Positions 42,269-53,372 of a stretch of 64,000 nt of DNA are shown piece by piece. The stretch comes from an uncultured Acidobacteriota bacterium. Lineage in GTDB: Bacteria; Acidobacteriota; UBA6911; RPQK01; JAPXNP01. The first letter of the stretch is position 1. Each line of letters begins with the position of its first letter. The notes beneath the pieces were generated by a model that was not told where the DNA came from, made no database searches, and worked only from the letters and a program-made list of their open reading frames with translations. A program made the position numbers and the translations under genes. The stretch spans positions 128,001 to 192,000 of the forward strand of contig CAVZRV010000015.1 of the NCBI GenBank assembly GCA_963777605.1. The letters run 5' to 3'.

Positions 42269-42997
42269 ACTTTTCTCCTCCGATCCTGAGCTTCGGTGAA
42301 TCCCTTCGGGACCAGGCAAGTCGTTGAGGCCAATGTTAGGCCCCGCAAACCGGGTGTCAAACGACCGAAAACGATGTCAATCATGCTCGGCCACGGAAGA
42401 GTCGAGGCGGGTACCAACTGACCCTGATCCTGTCGTTATCGACTGGATCAGGTACTCGGTGACTTCACCGGGAGAAATCTTCTCATGGAGGAGCAATGAC
42501 TGATCTTCTCCAGTTCATCACGGACGTGTCGAATCTCAAGAGAGTAAGAACCGGAATCCGTTCCGATCACCGAGAGCCGGTACTCTCCGATATCGGTTTG
42601 AGGCAGGTACAAGATTCGGGTTTCTGGCCCTCTTGCACCGGTTTCGTCATCGTCGATACGCTCGGCTTCATACGTCGCAAGCGGGATCTCAGCAAACAAC
42701 ACGTTACCCCTTCGGTTAGTTCCGCACCTTCTTCCGGACGGATCCTGAACAAGGAGTTGGGCCGGAGGTAAAGTTCTCCTTCGCCCGGGTGCACCCGGAT
42801 GTCGAGCGCCCCGGCCTGGCTGAATACGAAGGCATTAAATGAAAGGCAAATGAGAGAACCGTACAGAGTCAGCAGCGGAAGCCGCTACTACTGGGTCGAT
42901 CCCCAAGAGAGGATCGCCGAGACGGAACCCGACACCACGCCAGGCATCGATTTCCGGAAACTCCTCATCTTGAATGCAAAATTCGGCGGCCGCTACT

Positions 42998-44661
42998 CTA
43001 CCGATTGTCTCCCAGCGAACCACCACGAACCAGGTCCACCGCAAACAGGATCTCGGCGTCCTGCGAGAAATGGTACTGCTGGAAATCCTTCCACGAGAGG
43101 CTATAGTCGGGCTGGAAGATCCTCCCTCGCTCCGGGTCGCCCGGGAACGACATCTGGTAATGGTTCGAGATGCTCCCCTTGAGTCCCGACCCGGGCAGAA
43201 CAAAGGGAGTACTCTCAATCGGCCCGTTGCCCGACTGGCGGGGCGGCACCCCGACAAACTTGACACCTTTGTCCATCTCCCACAGGTAGAAGCACAGTGT
43301 GAAAGCCGCACTGTTGGTGCCGGGGGAGGTTAAGACAACAACGGATTTTGGAGTGTAGACTGCTTGACCATTTAGATCTTCTACAAACTTGAGACAGTGA
43401 AACTCATTCTCCTTTAGGAACTTCAAGTGAAGCTCCCGGTTTTCCTCGGCGGTGCGTTCGCTGTCCCGATCATCCTTGTCCATGGAAAGAATGTAGTCCC
43501 CAATCCGATGATCGGTTCCGTTCCTCTTGTTGTAGTCGTCCAGTGAGACCGAATTCTTGGCCAGGTACAACTCGGACAGTACGAGGACATCGTAAGCTTG
43601 GGTGGGGGTTCCGAAGTAGTCGTCGCCGTAGAGCATGTAGAGCAGAGGGATGGCTACAAATGAGTATCCTCCACGATTGTCTCGAAGATCGAGGATGAGA
43701 GTGGACGAACCAGCCTCCTTCATTTCAATCAACATTCGTCTAAAAGTCTCGGTCAGGTAAGGTATTTTGGCGAGTTCCCGTCGTTGGTCATAGGGCGGCT
43801 TCAGATTCGGGTAGTATCGCGAGAGGATCTGCCGCCCCACTCCTCCAGGTAGGGATGCTTCCACCTCTCGATGGCCTCGATAACCTCTTGCGAGAACATT
43901 TCGTGGAGAGTGAAACAAGCAACCTCCCTTTGGGGCCCCAGGAACTGGTAGTGAAACACGCCATCCCCACCAACGACGGCCGCGGCATTCTCGTCGCTGC
44001 TCCAGGTCGGCGTTTCCGTTTTCTCCGACGGGAAGCCACGTCATTTCCCGTGAGAATTGCTCACCCTCTGGATTCACGACATCCAGTCGGCACTTGGGGT
44101 TCGCAGAAGGGAAGATTGAATCCAGACGGCGTTCTCCGGAGAGACCTTCTTTCAAATGGAAGTAGGCGCCGTAAGGATTCTCACAGGATGCCACCTCCTG
44201 GACCCTTTTCAAGATCGCGGGAATCCCTTCTCCGTTGATTGCGACGATTCTGGAGCCAACCAAGTCTTCTTTGCCTTTCACAGCATTCCGTATCAGGAGT
44301 CCATCCGAGGCAATCGTCAACCGGATTGGCAGAGTGCGGGTCGCTCCCTGGTCCCGCTGACCCTGGTCCCGCTCCATGTAGGTGTGCCCGTCGTGGAGGC
44401 GTGCAAGGAAGCTGGAAAGCGCATTCCTGAACTCAGCCCTGGACATACCTTCCTCCGGAAGACTTTCCAGGAGTCGCTGCTCTTCGAGCTTGAAAAACAC
44501 CTTCCCCCGAACGGAGAGTAGGGATCTGGATGTGATTTCTCCAGGAGATTCGTCAGGTGGTTAGCATCCGCCCTTAACACATCCAAGGGAAGCGACTCTT
44601 CCGCCGGGAGTGCAACCACCGGAAATATGAGAACGATTGCAAACGGACTGATCAGGACCAT
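42998..44661 (-). CDS. S41-family peptidase with several frameshifts
   Basis: HPDPY, LHDGHT, LILDLRDNRGG, TNSAA; N-terminus in another frame (break near 44503). Confidence 0.72.
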
Positions 44662-44777
44662 TTCCGCCTCCCTAATCAATTAGCGCAGGGATTCCGGCGA
44701 TTCCCAAAACCCCAGCCTTCCCCCCGAAAGACCCTAACGAAAGGTTTTTGGCCAATAATTGTTCGGGTCGAGTTGAC

Positions 44778-45936
44778 TCACTGGATCGCCTTCTGCTCGA
44801 GGGCGAAGCGGATCATGCTCTCGTACAGCGTGAGTTGGATGTCGAGAATCTGCGTGAGATCGACATGGCAACTCGTGTCATCGACCAGGCCATGAGGGCA
44901 CTCGAACGTGAAACTCGGGGCCCCGCTGATGTGGTAGAGCGCGCTGACCAGGTTGAAAGGGGCTGTCGTCTCTCCGCCCTCCTCGCCGACCTTGAACACC
45001 CCGGAGCGGGGAAGGCCCCGACTTTCGAGGGCAGCATAGACCTTCGTCGCCAGGTTCCCTCACCCAGTTCTGTGCGTCCATCGACTCGTACGCCGGCCTC
45101 AGGACTGCGGGGTTGTTCTCGTGACTGTGGAGCGATACCGCCAGGTCCGGGCCTTCGTCCCGGGCCAGTCTCAGGATCGCCGGCGCCTCGGGCCCCATCG
45201 GTGCCAGAAACTCGTCATGCATCGGGTTGATCCCACTGTCGTCAAAGTAGCAGCCGACAAACCCGACCCGGTCTCCCCTCATGGGATGAAGACGTTTAAC
45301 CTGCGGCCAGTCGCAGAAGGTCCCGTCCTTCCAGGTTCCCTGACCCCAGAACCGGAGGTCGTCGCCGGTCATTCCCTGGAGAGCGCGTGGTTCGAAACGG
45401 GCAATCCCATCCGGGTTGCCGGCAGGAATGATGAGCAGGCGGCACTGGCGGGCCAGGCTCATCAACTCCACGTGCTTTCTCCCCGCGAGGTCGAAGCCGG
45501 TTTCCACGATCTGGATCAGGTTCGCCAGTCCGGTCAACCCCTCGACCTCCTGGCCGTGGACGGGTCCGACAAACAGAATGACCGGCCGGGACCGTGCTTT
45601 CTTATCCATGTAGGCTGAAGGATCTCTCCCGCCGACAGCAGAGTTGAAGTTGGCGTGAGACGGAAGATATTCCCGTTCCCCAAAGCTCACCAGCTGAATC
45701 GGCCGGCCACCCGGAGAAACGCCGATAACCGTCGCCGTCGCCGTCTTGAGCTCGTCGAATCGCTCCTTCAGCCCCTGAACGTCGCCGACCCAAAACTCCG
45801 GCAACTGGCGATCCGGAATCCGGGAACGGGCCTGCTGCAAAGTCATGCCGGGACCGGGCGGTGCCGCAAAGATGCCAAGACAGGAACAAAGCAGGACAAA
45901 AACCGAGAGCGTGCACCAACCAACAAGGCATTTCAT
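44778..45936 (-). CDS. M14-family zinc carboxypeptidase-like protein, frameshifted near the C-terminus
   Basis: HGQE, GNPDG and SLHSH zinc motifs; the TFECPHG tail is in another frame. Confidence 0.72.
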
Positions 45937-46057
45937 TGTGAGCTCCTGTATTCGACGACCTCCCAGGTTGTCTCGAAGATTCGTTCGCACGGTGAAACCT
46001 TGCCCGACGAATCCGGGGCGCGACTTGGCCTTACCTTCGGCTCTGAGTCCGGCATCC

Positions 46058-47405
46058 TCATTCTCGCTTCCCGCTTCTCGATTCACGATTCCCCTTCAGC
46101 GAATAGAGCAATTGGAGAGCTTCTTTCGCGACCACCTCGGCTGCTCCCGGGGCGAACGGGCTCGCCTCGATTTCGTAGCCGCCCTCTTTGTACAGTTCGA
46201 GGGGAGGCAGGTAGCCGCTGGCCCCGTTGCAGTGCGTGACAACCCAGGTGTAGGGGAAAGGCGAACCTTTCTTGATCCGCAGACCGACGGCGGTAAGGAC
46301 TTCGGCACTGATTCCCACCAGCCCCACGTCGCCGATCCGGGCAGCGCTGATCGAAATCTCCACCGGAGGCGGGGGAGAGTCACCACCATTGGCCGATCCA
46401 GCCTGGCCGCGCATCTTCCCGGGAAGCTCGATGGTCTTTCTTGCACTGCGAATCTTTACCGAGTCAGCGAAGTCCTCAATTGAATCTCCCACATGAACGA
46501 CCTCGGTGCCCAAGAGGGTCCCCAGCAGCTCCGTCTCGGGCGTGAAGCCCTTCTCGGCCCTGAAGCCGGGCAGAACCCGGTACCAGGGATCGATGTCCCC
46601 GGACGCCCCGACGAACATGGACGAAACCACTCCAGCGCCGACGAAACCCTCCAGGAAGCGGTTTGCCCGCCCCACGAGATCCCCGCTGACAAGCAGGTTC
46701 CTGGCCCCGAGGGAGGTGGCGTGAGTGGCATAGTTGTAGAGCAGCCCCGCAGGTTGCCCGTCCTCACGGACAACCTTCATCACGAAGACTTCCGGGTCAT
46801 GGATCCCGAGGGGGTTGCGTCCGAGAACGACTTTTCCCTCGGGAGTGGTCTCCCGACGATTGACGCCAACCGGGCTCGATCCTCTTCCAAGGCCGATCCG
46901 AGCGGGCTTCAGGTCCGCCAGGGCGAGGCGAACCGCCTCGATGATCCGGTCGCCCAGCCAAACCGTGTATCTGCGGTTCGGGGAATCGGTGTTCCCGGCG
47001 CTCTTCCAGAGCGGTTTCGGTGCCGAGTGAGTGTGAATCGCCGCCAGGAACAGCTGCCGGTCGTCGATCCCCAACTCGTCGGCAAGGCGCTTTTGGTAGA
47101 GTTCGTAGCTGCCGTCGTAGAACCCGAGCGTATCCGTGGCCACCAACACGAGCCGGTCCTGCCCGCTTTCAAAAACGGAAGCCCGGACATAGAGCGGGTC
47201 GTGAACGCCGGCCGAAAGCGCGGTTCGGCTGGCGTACCCGGCCAGGACGACCGGTTCCTCCGGAGTGATCTCCAGCTCGGGAAAACCCGGCTTTCAGCTC
47301 TCCCTGGCCGGCGGCGAACAGGCCGGTCGAAAGTGCAACCACGGCAGCAGAAATGCCAGCGAGCTGCAAGAAGCGACGCAAAACATGATTTGATCGGTCA
47401 AACAT
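46058..47405 (-). CDS. Neutral/alkaline ceramidase-family protein with N-terminal frameshifts
   Basis: GVHDPLYVR, HTHSAP, GVNRR, NYATHAT, GYLP....EGGYE. Confidence 0.78.
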
Positions 47406-47472
47406 TGTGCTCCTCCAATTCGGGGGAGATCGTACCGATGGGACGAATAGGACGGCTTCTTATCCCGATCGA

Positions 47473-49566
47473 CTACTCCCCCACCCTCGAAACACCCTCC
47501 ATCACTGAATACCCCGTCGGCCTGAAGATCTCCACGCGAACTTCCCGGAGCTCATCGAAAGACTCCCATGAGACTGCTTCCCGATGCACCGTCCCCGGCA
47601 CCAGATCGGGCAGCAGCACCTTCCCGGATGCGATCGGTTGTCTGAAATCGTTATTGGCCTGCCAAACCAATGTGTAGCCACGAAGCGTGTAGGCAGGAAG
47701 ATCGGTCTTCAGATCCCGGGTTGAGATCTCCACCACCGACCGGGTCATCCCGTTCGCGTTCCTGGGCGGCCCGACCCGAATCCGTTTGACGGGCGAGCAC
47801 TCCCGTCTCAAGGCCTCATACGACGGCTTGCGTCGACCCAGCAAATCGACCACCCCGTGCACTCGCTGTTGGAACGATCCTTTCCCCTTGTCGCCGATGT
47901 GAGTCCGGTAGTCGTTGTAGTCGAAGAAAATCGCCCCGGCCACGTTCGGTGCCTTCCGATACCGGTCAGTGTGGGTGCGAAGAATCTCGATTCGGCGGGG
48001 ATCGCCTGAGGGGTTGCGCGGGTCACACTCGCAGAGACCGTACTCCGAAATCACCAGAGACTTGTCGGGGAAGGCCTCCCTGATTTGAACCAGGTTCTGT
48101 TCGAGGTCGTTCAGGTCGCCCCGATACCAGGATTCCCAGTAGTCATTCCACTCGATGAAATCAACCAGCCCGGATGCATCTTCCCCGGGATGCGACTGGA
48201 GCGAGTTCGAAGCCCAGGTCAAAAGGCGGGTCGAGTCCAGGCGCCGCCCCAACTCCATCCCGCGACGCACGAACTGGTGCGCCTTTTCGCTCTGCCCGCC
48301 GATTTCGTTACAGAGTCCCCAGGCGTAGATCGAGGGGTGGTTGAAGTGAGCTCGCACCATCTCCTCCATCTGCATTGCCTGCACCCCGGCCAGTTGTCCA
48401 TCCATCGTGCGGGAACCCCAGGCCGGGATCTCTTCCTGGATCAGCAATCCCTCCCGGTCGCCGAACTGGAAGACAAAATCGTCCTGCTGCCAGTGAAACC
48501 GGGTCAGGATCACGTTCAGCGCTTTCATATCGCGCAGAATCTGCCGTGTGACTTCACTCGGCTCGGCCATCCCGTAGCGGGGATCGCTTCCCGGCATCCA
48601 TTCCACACCCATCAGACGCATCGGTTCGCCGTTGAGGTAGTAGAACCCGTTCTTGACCTCAACCTTCCGGATGCCGAATTCGGCTTCGCGCCGGTCCAGA
48701 ACGGCACCGTCCCGCACGAGCAGGCAGACGGCGCGATAAAGCGCGGGGGCATCGAAATGCCAGAGCGTCGGGCGGTCCACGTCCAGCTTCAGTCTAACTT
48801 CGACGCCATCCGGGTGGCCTCCATTGTCGCGACGGACGCCAGGGCCAGACTTGATCGATCCCACAAGACGGCCGAGCGGATCGTAAACCAAGCCTTCGAC
48901 GACTGCCGCGGAAACGCCCGGCTCCTGGTGAACCCGCAGATCGATCTCGACCGTAGCGCGGTCAAAACCCGGCGATAGCCGGGAGGAGACTTGCAGCCTT
49001 TCAAGGCGCGTCACAGGCAGGGCACGGACCCGGGCGCTTCGAATAATCCCGCCGTCGCCCGCCCAATCAAATGAGTCCTCATAAGGAAGAGCGGCCGGCG
49101 AGAATCGATTGTCTACCCGGACCACTACCTCGTTCGGCGCATCGAAATTCCAGCCTTGGCGCAACGAAAACGAAAAGGCGGTCCAGCCGCTCCCCAGGTG
49201 GGAGCCCACTTCTGTACCGTTGAGCCAAACGGTGCAGTCACGGTAGACCGCATCGAACTCGATTCGGAGATCGCTTCCCTTCCACCCCGTAGGAGAGTGA
49301 ACCTCTCGCGCATACCACGCCACACCGCGGTAGTCTTCGTTGCCGACCTCCACCTGCCAGGTGTGCGGAACCGCCACCGTTCTCCACCCGCTTCGATCCG
49401 CGGCCGGCTCGAACCATCCTTTGCGTGCGCCGACGTCATCACGATCAAGCCGAAAGAGCCAGCCGCCGTCAAGCGAAACGGTATCACCCGGAGTCGTGGC
49501 CCCGACCGAAAGGACCATCCAGACTAAGACAGCGACCCAAATCGGAGCCTTCTGCAAACGGGTCAT
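47473..49566 (-). CDS. Glycoside hydrolase family 2
   Basis: Y.GVAWY, FGIRKVEV, NHPSIYAWGLCNE (acid/base) and ISEYG (nucleophile). Confidence 0.88.
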   Translation of the reverse strand: MTRLQKAPIWVAVLVWMVLSVGATTPGDTVSLDGGWLFRLDRDDVGARKGWFEPAADRSGWRTVAVPHTWQVEVGNEDYRGVAWYAREVHSPTGWKGSDLRIEFDAVYRDCTVWLNGTEVGSHLGSGWTAFSFSLRQGWNFDAPNEVVVRVDNRFSPAALPYEDSFDWAGDGGIIRSARVRALPVTRLERLQVSSRLSPGFDRATVEIDLRVHQEPGVSAAVVEGLVYDPLGRLVGSIKSGPGVRRDNGGHPDGVEVRLKLDVDRPTLWHFDAPALYRAVCLLVRDGAVLDRREAEFGIRKVEVKNGFYYLNGEPMRLMGVEWMPGSDPRYGMAEPSEVTRQILRDMKALNVILTRFHWQQDDFVFQFGDREGLLIQEEIPAWGSRTMDGQLAGVQAMQMEEMVRAHFNHPSIYAWGLCNEIGGQSEKAHQFVRRGMELGRRLDSTRLLTWASNSLQSHPGEDASGLVDFIEWNDYWESWYRGDLNDLEQNLVQIREAFPDKSLVISEYGLCECDPRNPSGDPRRIEILRTHTDRYRKAPNVAGAIFFDYNDYRTHIGDKGKGSFQQRVHGVVDLLGRRKPSYEALRRECSPVKRIRVGPPRNANGMTRSVVEISTRDLKTDLPAYTLRGYTLVWQANNDFRQPIASGKVLLPDLVPGTVHREAVSWESFDELREVRVEIFRPTGYSVMEGVSRVGE

Positions 49567-49622
49567 TCTGCCGATCATTCCGCCTCTCAGCAGCCAGCTT
49601 CGCGACGCCGGCTTCGATTCAC

Positions 49623-50720
49623 CTACCATCCATAGGCAGTCTTCATGATGGTGAAGAGATGGGTGTTCAGGAATGCTCCGTGGACCTGCTCGGAACCCGG
49701 ACCGGTGGCCGCAGCGATCACCTCTTCCGCAGTGTGCGTGCCCTCAATTTCAATAAAGTCGTCCACCGTTTCCCCGACCGGCCCGTTTGGCAATCGGAGC
49801 CCATAGGAGTGGTCCGCCGTCACAAGAACCAGAGTATCGGTGCCTTCAACCTTTTCGACAGTACTCCGAATGATTCGATCCATTTTGACGGCATTGTCAA
49901 GGGTCGCTTTCACGTCGGTCGAGTGGTTGTTCGACTCGATCATGAGAAAGAACCCTTTCGGGTTGCGCGAGAGGATTTCCAGCGCCTTCGCGGCCGATAC
50001 CGCGAGATCGTATTCCTGGTCCTCCCCGTAGAGGGCGACCAGGCGGGACGCCGACTGCGCTTCGTTCTCCATCGCGTCCTCGGAGTCAACAAAGGCATAT
50101 CCAGCCGAACGAAGTCCGCCCGCCAGGTCAACACCCAGTTCTCCGGTCTTCTCCATAATCGCATCCCGGCCCGGACCAATCACTACATCGACGCCGTCCC
50201 CAAACCGCGGCGTGAGGACCTGGGCAAAGATTTCGCCCGTCTTGCCCCGGTCGTTGGAATGGGCGTAACAGGCCGCTGGAGTGGCATCAGCCATGGGTGA
50301 ATTGGAAACCACCCCGGTCGATAACCCGCGCTCTTCCGCATACTCCAGGATCGTCTTCAAGAGAGGTCCGTCAACTTCTCCCCGCACTGCTTCGGGCCCC
50401 TGTGAGATGACCCCGTTTCCCGTCCGGGTTCCGGTGACGATAGCCGTCATGCCGGCGGCCGAGTCATTGACCCAGTTGTCCGCGGCCGAACACTCCGAGA
50501 GGGCGATGTATGGCAACTGGTAAAGAAAAAGCTTCTGCGGTTCGCCATAGGCGTGAATGCTGGCCGCGTTGAGTGTCGGGATCCCGGTCCCGTCGGCAAG
50601 GAACAGGATGACGTTCTTCGCTCGGGGAACCGGCTTGACCTGGTCGGCGGCAGGTTCGGTTCGGCCTCCGCAGGCTGAAATGAGAATCAGACAGAGCACG
50701 GCGAAAAGTCGATGGATCAT
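49623..50720 (-). CDS. Alkaline phosphatase (lipoprotein)
   Basis: KNVILFLADG.G, DSAA, ATPAA.YAH, GFFLMIES, VTADHS. Confidence 0.9.
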   Translation of the reverse strand: MIHRLFAVLCLILISACGGRTEPAADQVKPVPRAKNVILFLADGTGIPTLNAASIHAYGEPQKLFLYQLPYIALSECSAADNWVNDSAAGMTAIVTGTRTGNGVISQGPEAVRGEVDGPLLKTILEYAEERGLSTGVVSNSPMADATPAACYAHSNDRGKTGEIFAQVLTPRFGDGVDVVIGPGRDAIMEKTGELGVDLAGGLRSAGYAFVDSEDAMENEAQSASRLVALYGEDQEYDLAVSAAKALEILSRNPKGFFLMIESNNHSTDVKATLDNAVKMDRIIRSTVEKVEGTDTLVLVTADHSYGLRLPNGPVGETVDDFIEIEGTHTAEEVIAAATGPGSEQVHGAFLNTHLFTIMKTAYGW

Positions 50721-50749
50721 GGGCACTTTCCTGTTAGGGGTTGAATGGT

Positions 50750-51841
50750 TCATTCCGACAACGCCGCCTGAAGCATTGCTTTGGTGTAGGCCACGTTGTA
50801 GACAAGCCCGGTGTAGCCTCCTCCACCGGGGTAGTAAGGCTTGAATCCAGCCGCTTCGCGATCGGCATCCAGCGCCCGCGGGTGTTCAGGATAGAGTGCC
50901 ATCGAATAGCGCTGCCGGACGAGTTCCTTCATCACCGCGAACAGATCGACCTGGCCTTCGTCGAGGAAAACCTCGGTATAGTCCACCGAGGGTTTCCGGA
51001 CCCGGACGTTCCGATAGTGAACGTGATTGATCCGGTCCCGCTCGCCGAAGTAACGGCAGACAGCCACCGGATCCTCCCCGATTTCACGGGTGACGCCACA
51101 GTCGTAGGTGATCCCGTTGGCGGGGCTGTCAACGATCTCAATCAGTCGTTTCCAACCGTCGAGCGTCGCCATGATCTGTTCCGATCCGCGACTGAGCGGC
51201 ACGGGAGGATCGTTGGGATGGAGAGCCAGACGGACGCCCGATTCTTCGGCGACGGGAACGACCGCCCTGAGAAAGTAGGTGATGTGATCCCAGAGCTGTT
51301 CGAGCGCGTAGGTTCCGATGTCCGGCAGTGGAGGCAGGTTCCGGGATCGCTCGTAGTCGTAGCCGGTCATCCCTGCGCCGCCCCGGCCTTCCAACTCATA
51401 GTAGCCTTCGGTCAGGCGGTAGGCGTAGAAGTTGTACTCGATTACCGGCAGGCCAACCTTACCCGCCGCGCGGATCGACTGTCTCACCTTCTCGATCTCT
51501 TCGTCACGACCCGGCCGGCCGTAAATGACATTCGGGAATCCCCCGATCATCATGTTCACGATTTCCAGACCGTGTTCCCGGAAGTGATCCATCCGGGCAC
51601 GCAGGTCAGGTTCCGTCCACGGAATTTGAGGACCCCCCATCAAGACCGTCCCCACTCCGATCTGCTTCAGCTTGCGCATCTCGCGCTCTTCGGCCTGGGA
51701 ACCCAACCCGAGGCAGAGTCGTGGAGTGCCCTTTCCCTCTTCCGGGGGCCAGGGACGAAGGGAAGCGTTTGCCAGGGCCGGGGACAAAACCATCGCTCCG
51801 GCAGCCTGAATTAAGTTTCTTCGAGACAGATTGGGTGCCAT
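50750..51841 (-). CDS. uxuA: Mannonate dehydratase family protein with Tat signal
   Basis: YNFY, VVPVAEESGVRLALHPNDPP, HVHYRNV, F.DEG; SRRNL Tat motif. Confidence 0.8.
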   Translation of the reverse strand: MAPNLSRRNLIQAAGAMVLSPALANASLRPWPPEEGKGTPRLCLGLGSQAEEREMRKLKQIGVGTVLMGGPQIPWTEPDLRARMDHFREHGLEIVNMMIGGFPNVIYGRPGRDEEIEKVRQSIRAAGKVGLPVIEYNFYAYRLTEGYYELEGRGGAGMTGYDYERSRNLPPLPDIGTYALEQLWDHITYFLRAVVPVAEESGVRLALHPNDPPVPLSRGSEQIMATLDGWKRLIEIVDSPANGITYDCGVTREIGEDPVAVCRYFGERDRINHVHYRNVRVRKPSVDYTEVFLDEGQVDLFAVMKELVRQRYSMALYPEHPRALDADREAAGFKPYYPGGGGYTGLVYNVAYTKAMLQAALSE

Positions 51842-51925
51842 GGCCGAACTCCTTGGTCTGTTCCGGGACCGCCTGTGATTACACCATTCCGTGCCCGGAT
51901 CGGCAAGACCGCCATCCATAACCCG

Positions 51926-53188
51926 CTACCAGGACACTGGGCCTCTTCGAAACGGCATCGTCATGCAGCGGCAGCCGCCCCCGCCCCTGGCCAGTTCTGA
52001 TCCGTCAATCGTGACTGCGAAGCGGGCGTAGTCCTCCGGATCGACGTTGCCCGCGATGATCTCCTTCGCGGTGAGGATCTCGAACCCATCCTGGTTCAGC
52101 GCGTCCAGCGTGAGCCGGTTTCGACCGTAACCGATTATCCGGCCGGGCGCCAGGGCCAGAAAATTAGCGCCGCTGTGCCACTGTTCCCGTTCCTGGACCC
52201 AGCTGTCGGTCTTGCCCCCACAGTAGATCGGGCGGGCATCGATGCCCAGGTTTCGAAGCGCGTGCAGAAGGTCCAGTTCCTCGTAAATCGAGGTGACCCG
52301 TCCGGCGTCAACAACGATGTGGACGGTTTGGAAATCGTGACGGTTGAGGATCACGGGGGGATAGACCATGCAGGTGTCCACGTCGAGAAAAGTAAACACC
52401 ATGTCGAGGTGGATGAACGACTCGGGATGGTCCGGCAGTTGCTGGACCAGAACGTGGGTCGTCCGCTTCCTCTTCTTGAGCTCCTCCAACAGGTGATCGA
52501 CTCCCCGAGTTGACGTGCGGGCACCGTTTCCGACCAGGAGAACATCCTCCCGGGCGACCAGGAAGTCGCCCCCTTCGAAGCTGAGTCTCCGGTCCTGGCG
52601 CCCCTGTGGACTGATAGGAATCGTCGGGGTCTTCAACTCGGGATGGCATTCGAAGATGCACCGCATGATAATCGCTTCGCGTTCTCGAACCTTGCTGGCG
52701 AGCGCCGAGATGATCACTTCGTCGTGCAATGTAATGGCTGCATCCCGAGTGAAGAAGAAGTTGTGGAGTGGCTGCAGCAGGTAACGTTCGTCACTGAGGA
52801 ACCGGGTGAGGTTGTCCTTGGGCAGCGGAACTCCTTCCAGGAGTTGGCGGGTCAGTTCTTCCGGCGGAAGCCCGCGCAGTTGATCCCCGAGGATGAAGAC
52901 TTCCTCGTTTTCGCAAATCCGGTCTACCAGCGTATCCCGCGCAGCCCCGTCTGCGAGGACTTCCCCGAGAAGATCCCGCACTTCGAACGTCCTCGCGAAG
53001 CGCCTCAGGATGCTTCGAAACTGATTGTACTCATCCGAAACCACGGACAGGTTCAGGATGTCACTGTAGAGCGCACGCTCGGCATTCTGGGGCGTCATGT
53101 TCTCAACTTCCCGACCCGGTGTGTGGATGATCACCGCCTCGAGTCCTCCGATCTCAGAGGTCACCCCGGCTTGAAACTTGCTCTGCAT
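51926..53188 (-). CDS. arcA: Arginine deiminase
   Basis: V.SEIG.L, HTPG.E, N.FFTRD, EGGD, HLD.VF, ELARGGGGCRCMTMP. Confidence 0.9.
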   Translation of the reverse strand: MQSKFQAGVTSEIGGLEAVIIHTPGREVENMTPQNAERALYSDILNLSVVSDEYNQFRSILRRFARTFEVRDLLGEVLADGAARDTLVDRICENEEVFILGDQLRGLPPEELTRQLLEGVPLPKDNLTRFLSDERYLLQPLHNFFFTRDAAITLHDEVIISALASKVREREAIIMRCIFECHPELKTPTIPISPQGRQDRRLSFEGGDFLVAREDVLLVGNGARTSTRGVDHLLEELKKRKRTTHVLVQQLPDHPESFIHLDMVFTFLDVDTCMVYPPVILNRHDFQTVHIVVDAGRVTSIYEELDLLHALRNLGIDARPIYCGGKTDSWVQEREQWHSGANFLALAPGRIIGYGRNRLTLDALNQDGFEILTAKEIIAGNVDPEDYARFAVTIDGSELARGGGGCRCMTMPFRRGPVSW

Positions 53189-53372
53189 ACGCACTCCTTC
53201 CCCTGAACCGATCGACCCGGGAGAGGTCCCGCGTCACCCATATTCTAGGTGATACCGTTCCAGAGAGTAGACCGAACCCGGCGGTGAAATCTATACTCAG
53301 GAATGTTCGATCGGTATCTAGAGAACAGTTGTCGTGGCGATCCCCTCGACGCCAGCAGCACGGGAGCCGGAC

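Noticed and set aside
51926-53188. Complete arginine deiminase pathway
   Set aside because: arcA stands alone, with no arcB, arcC or arcD in the window; lone arcA genes are not unusual.
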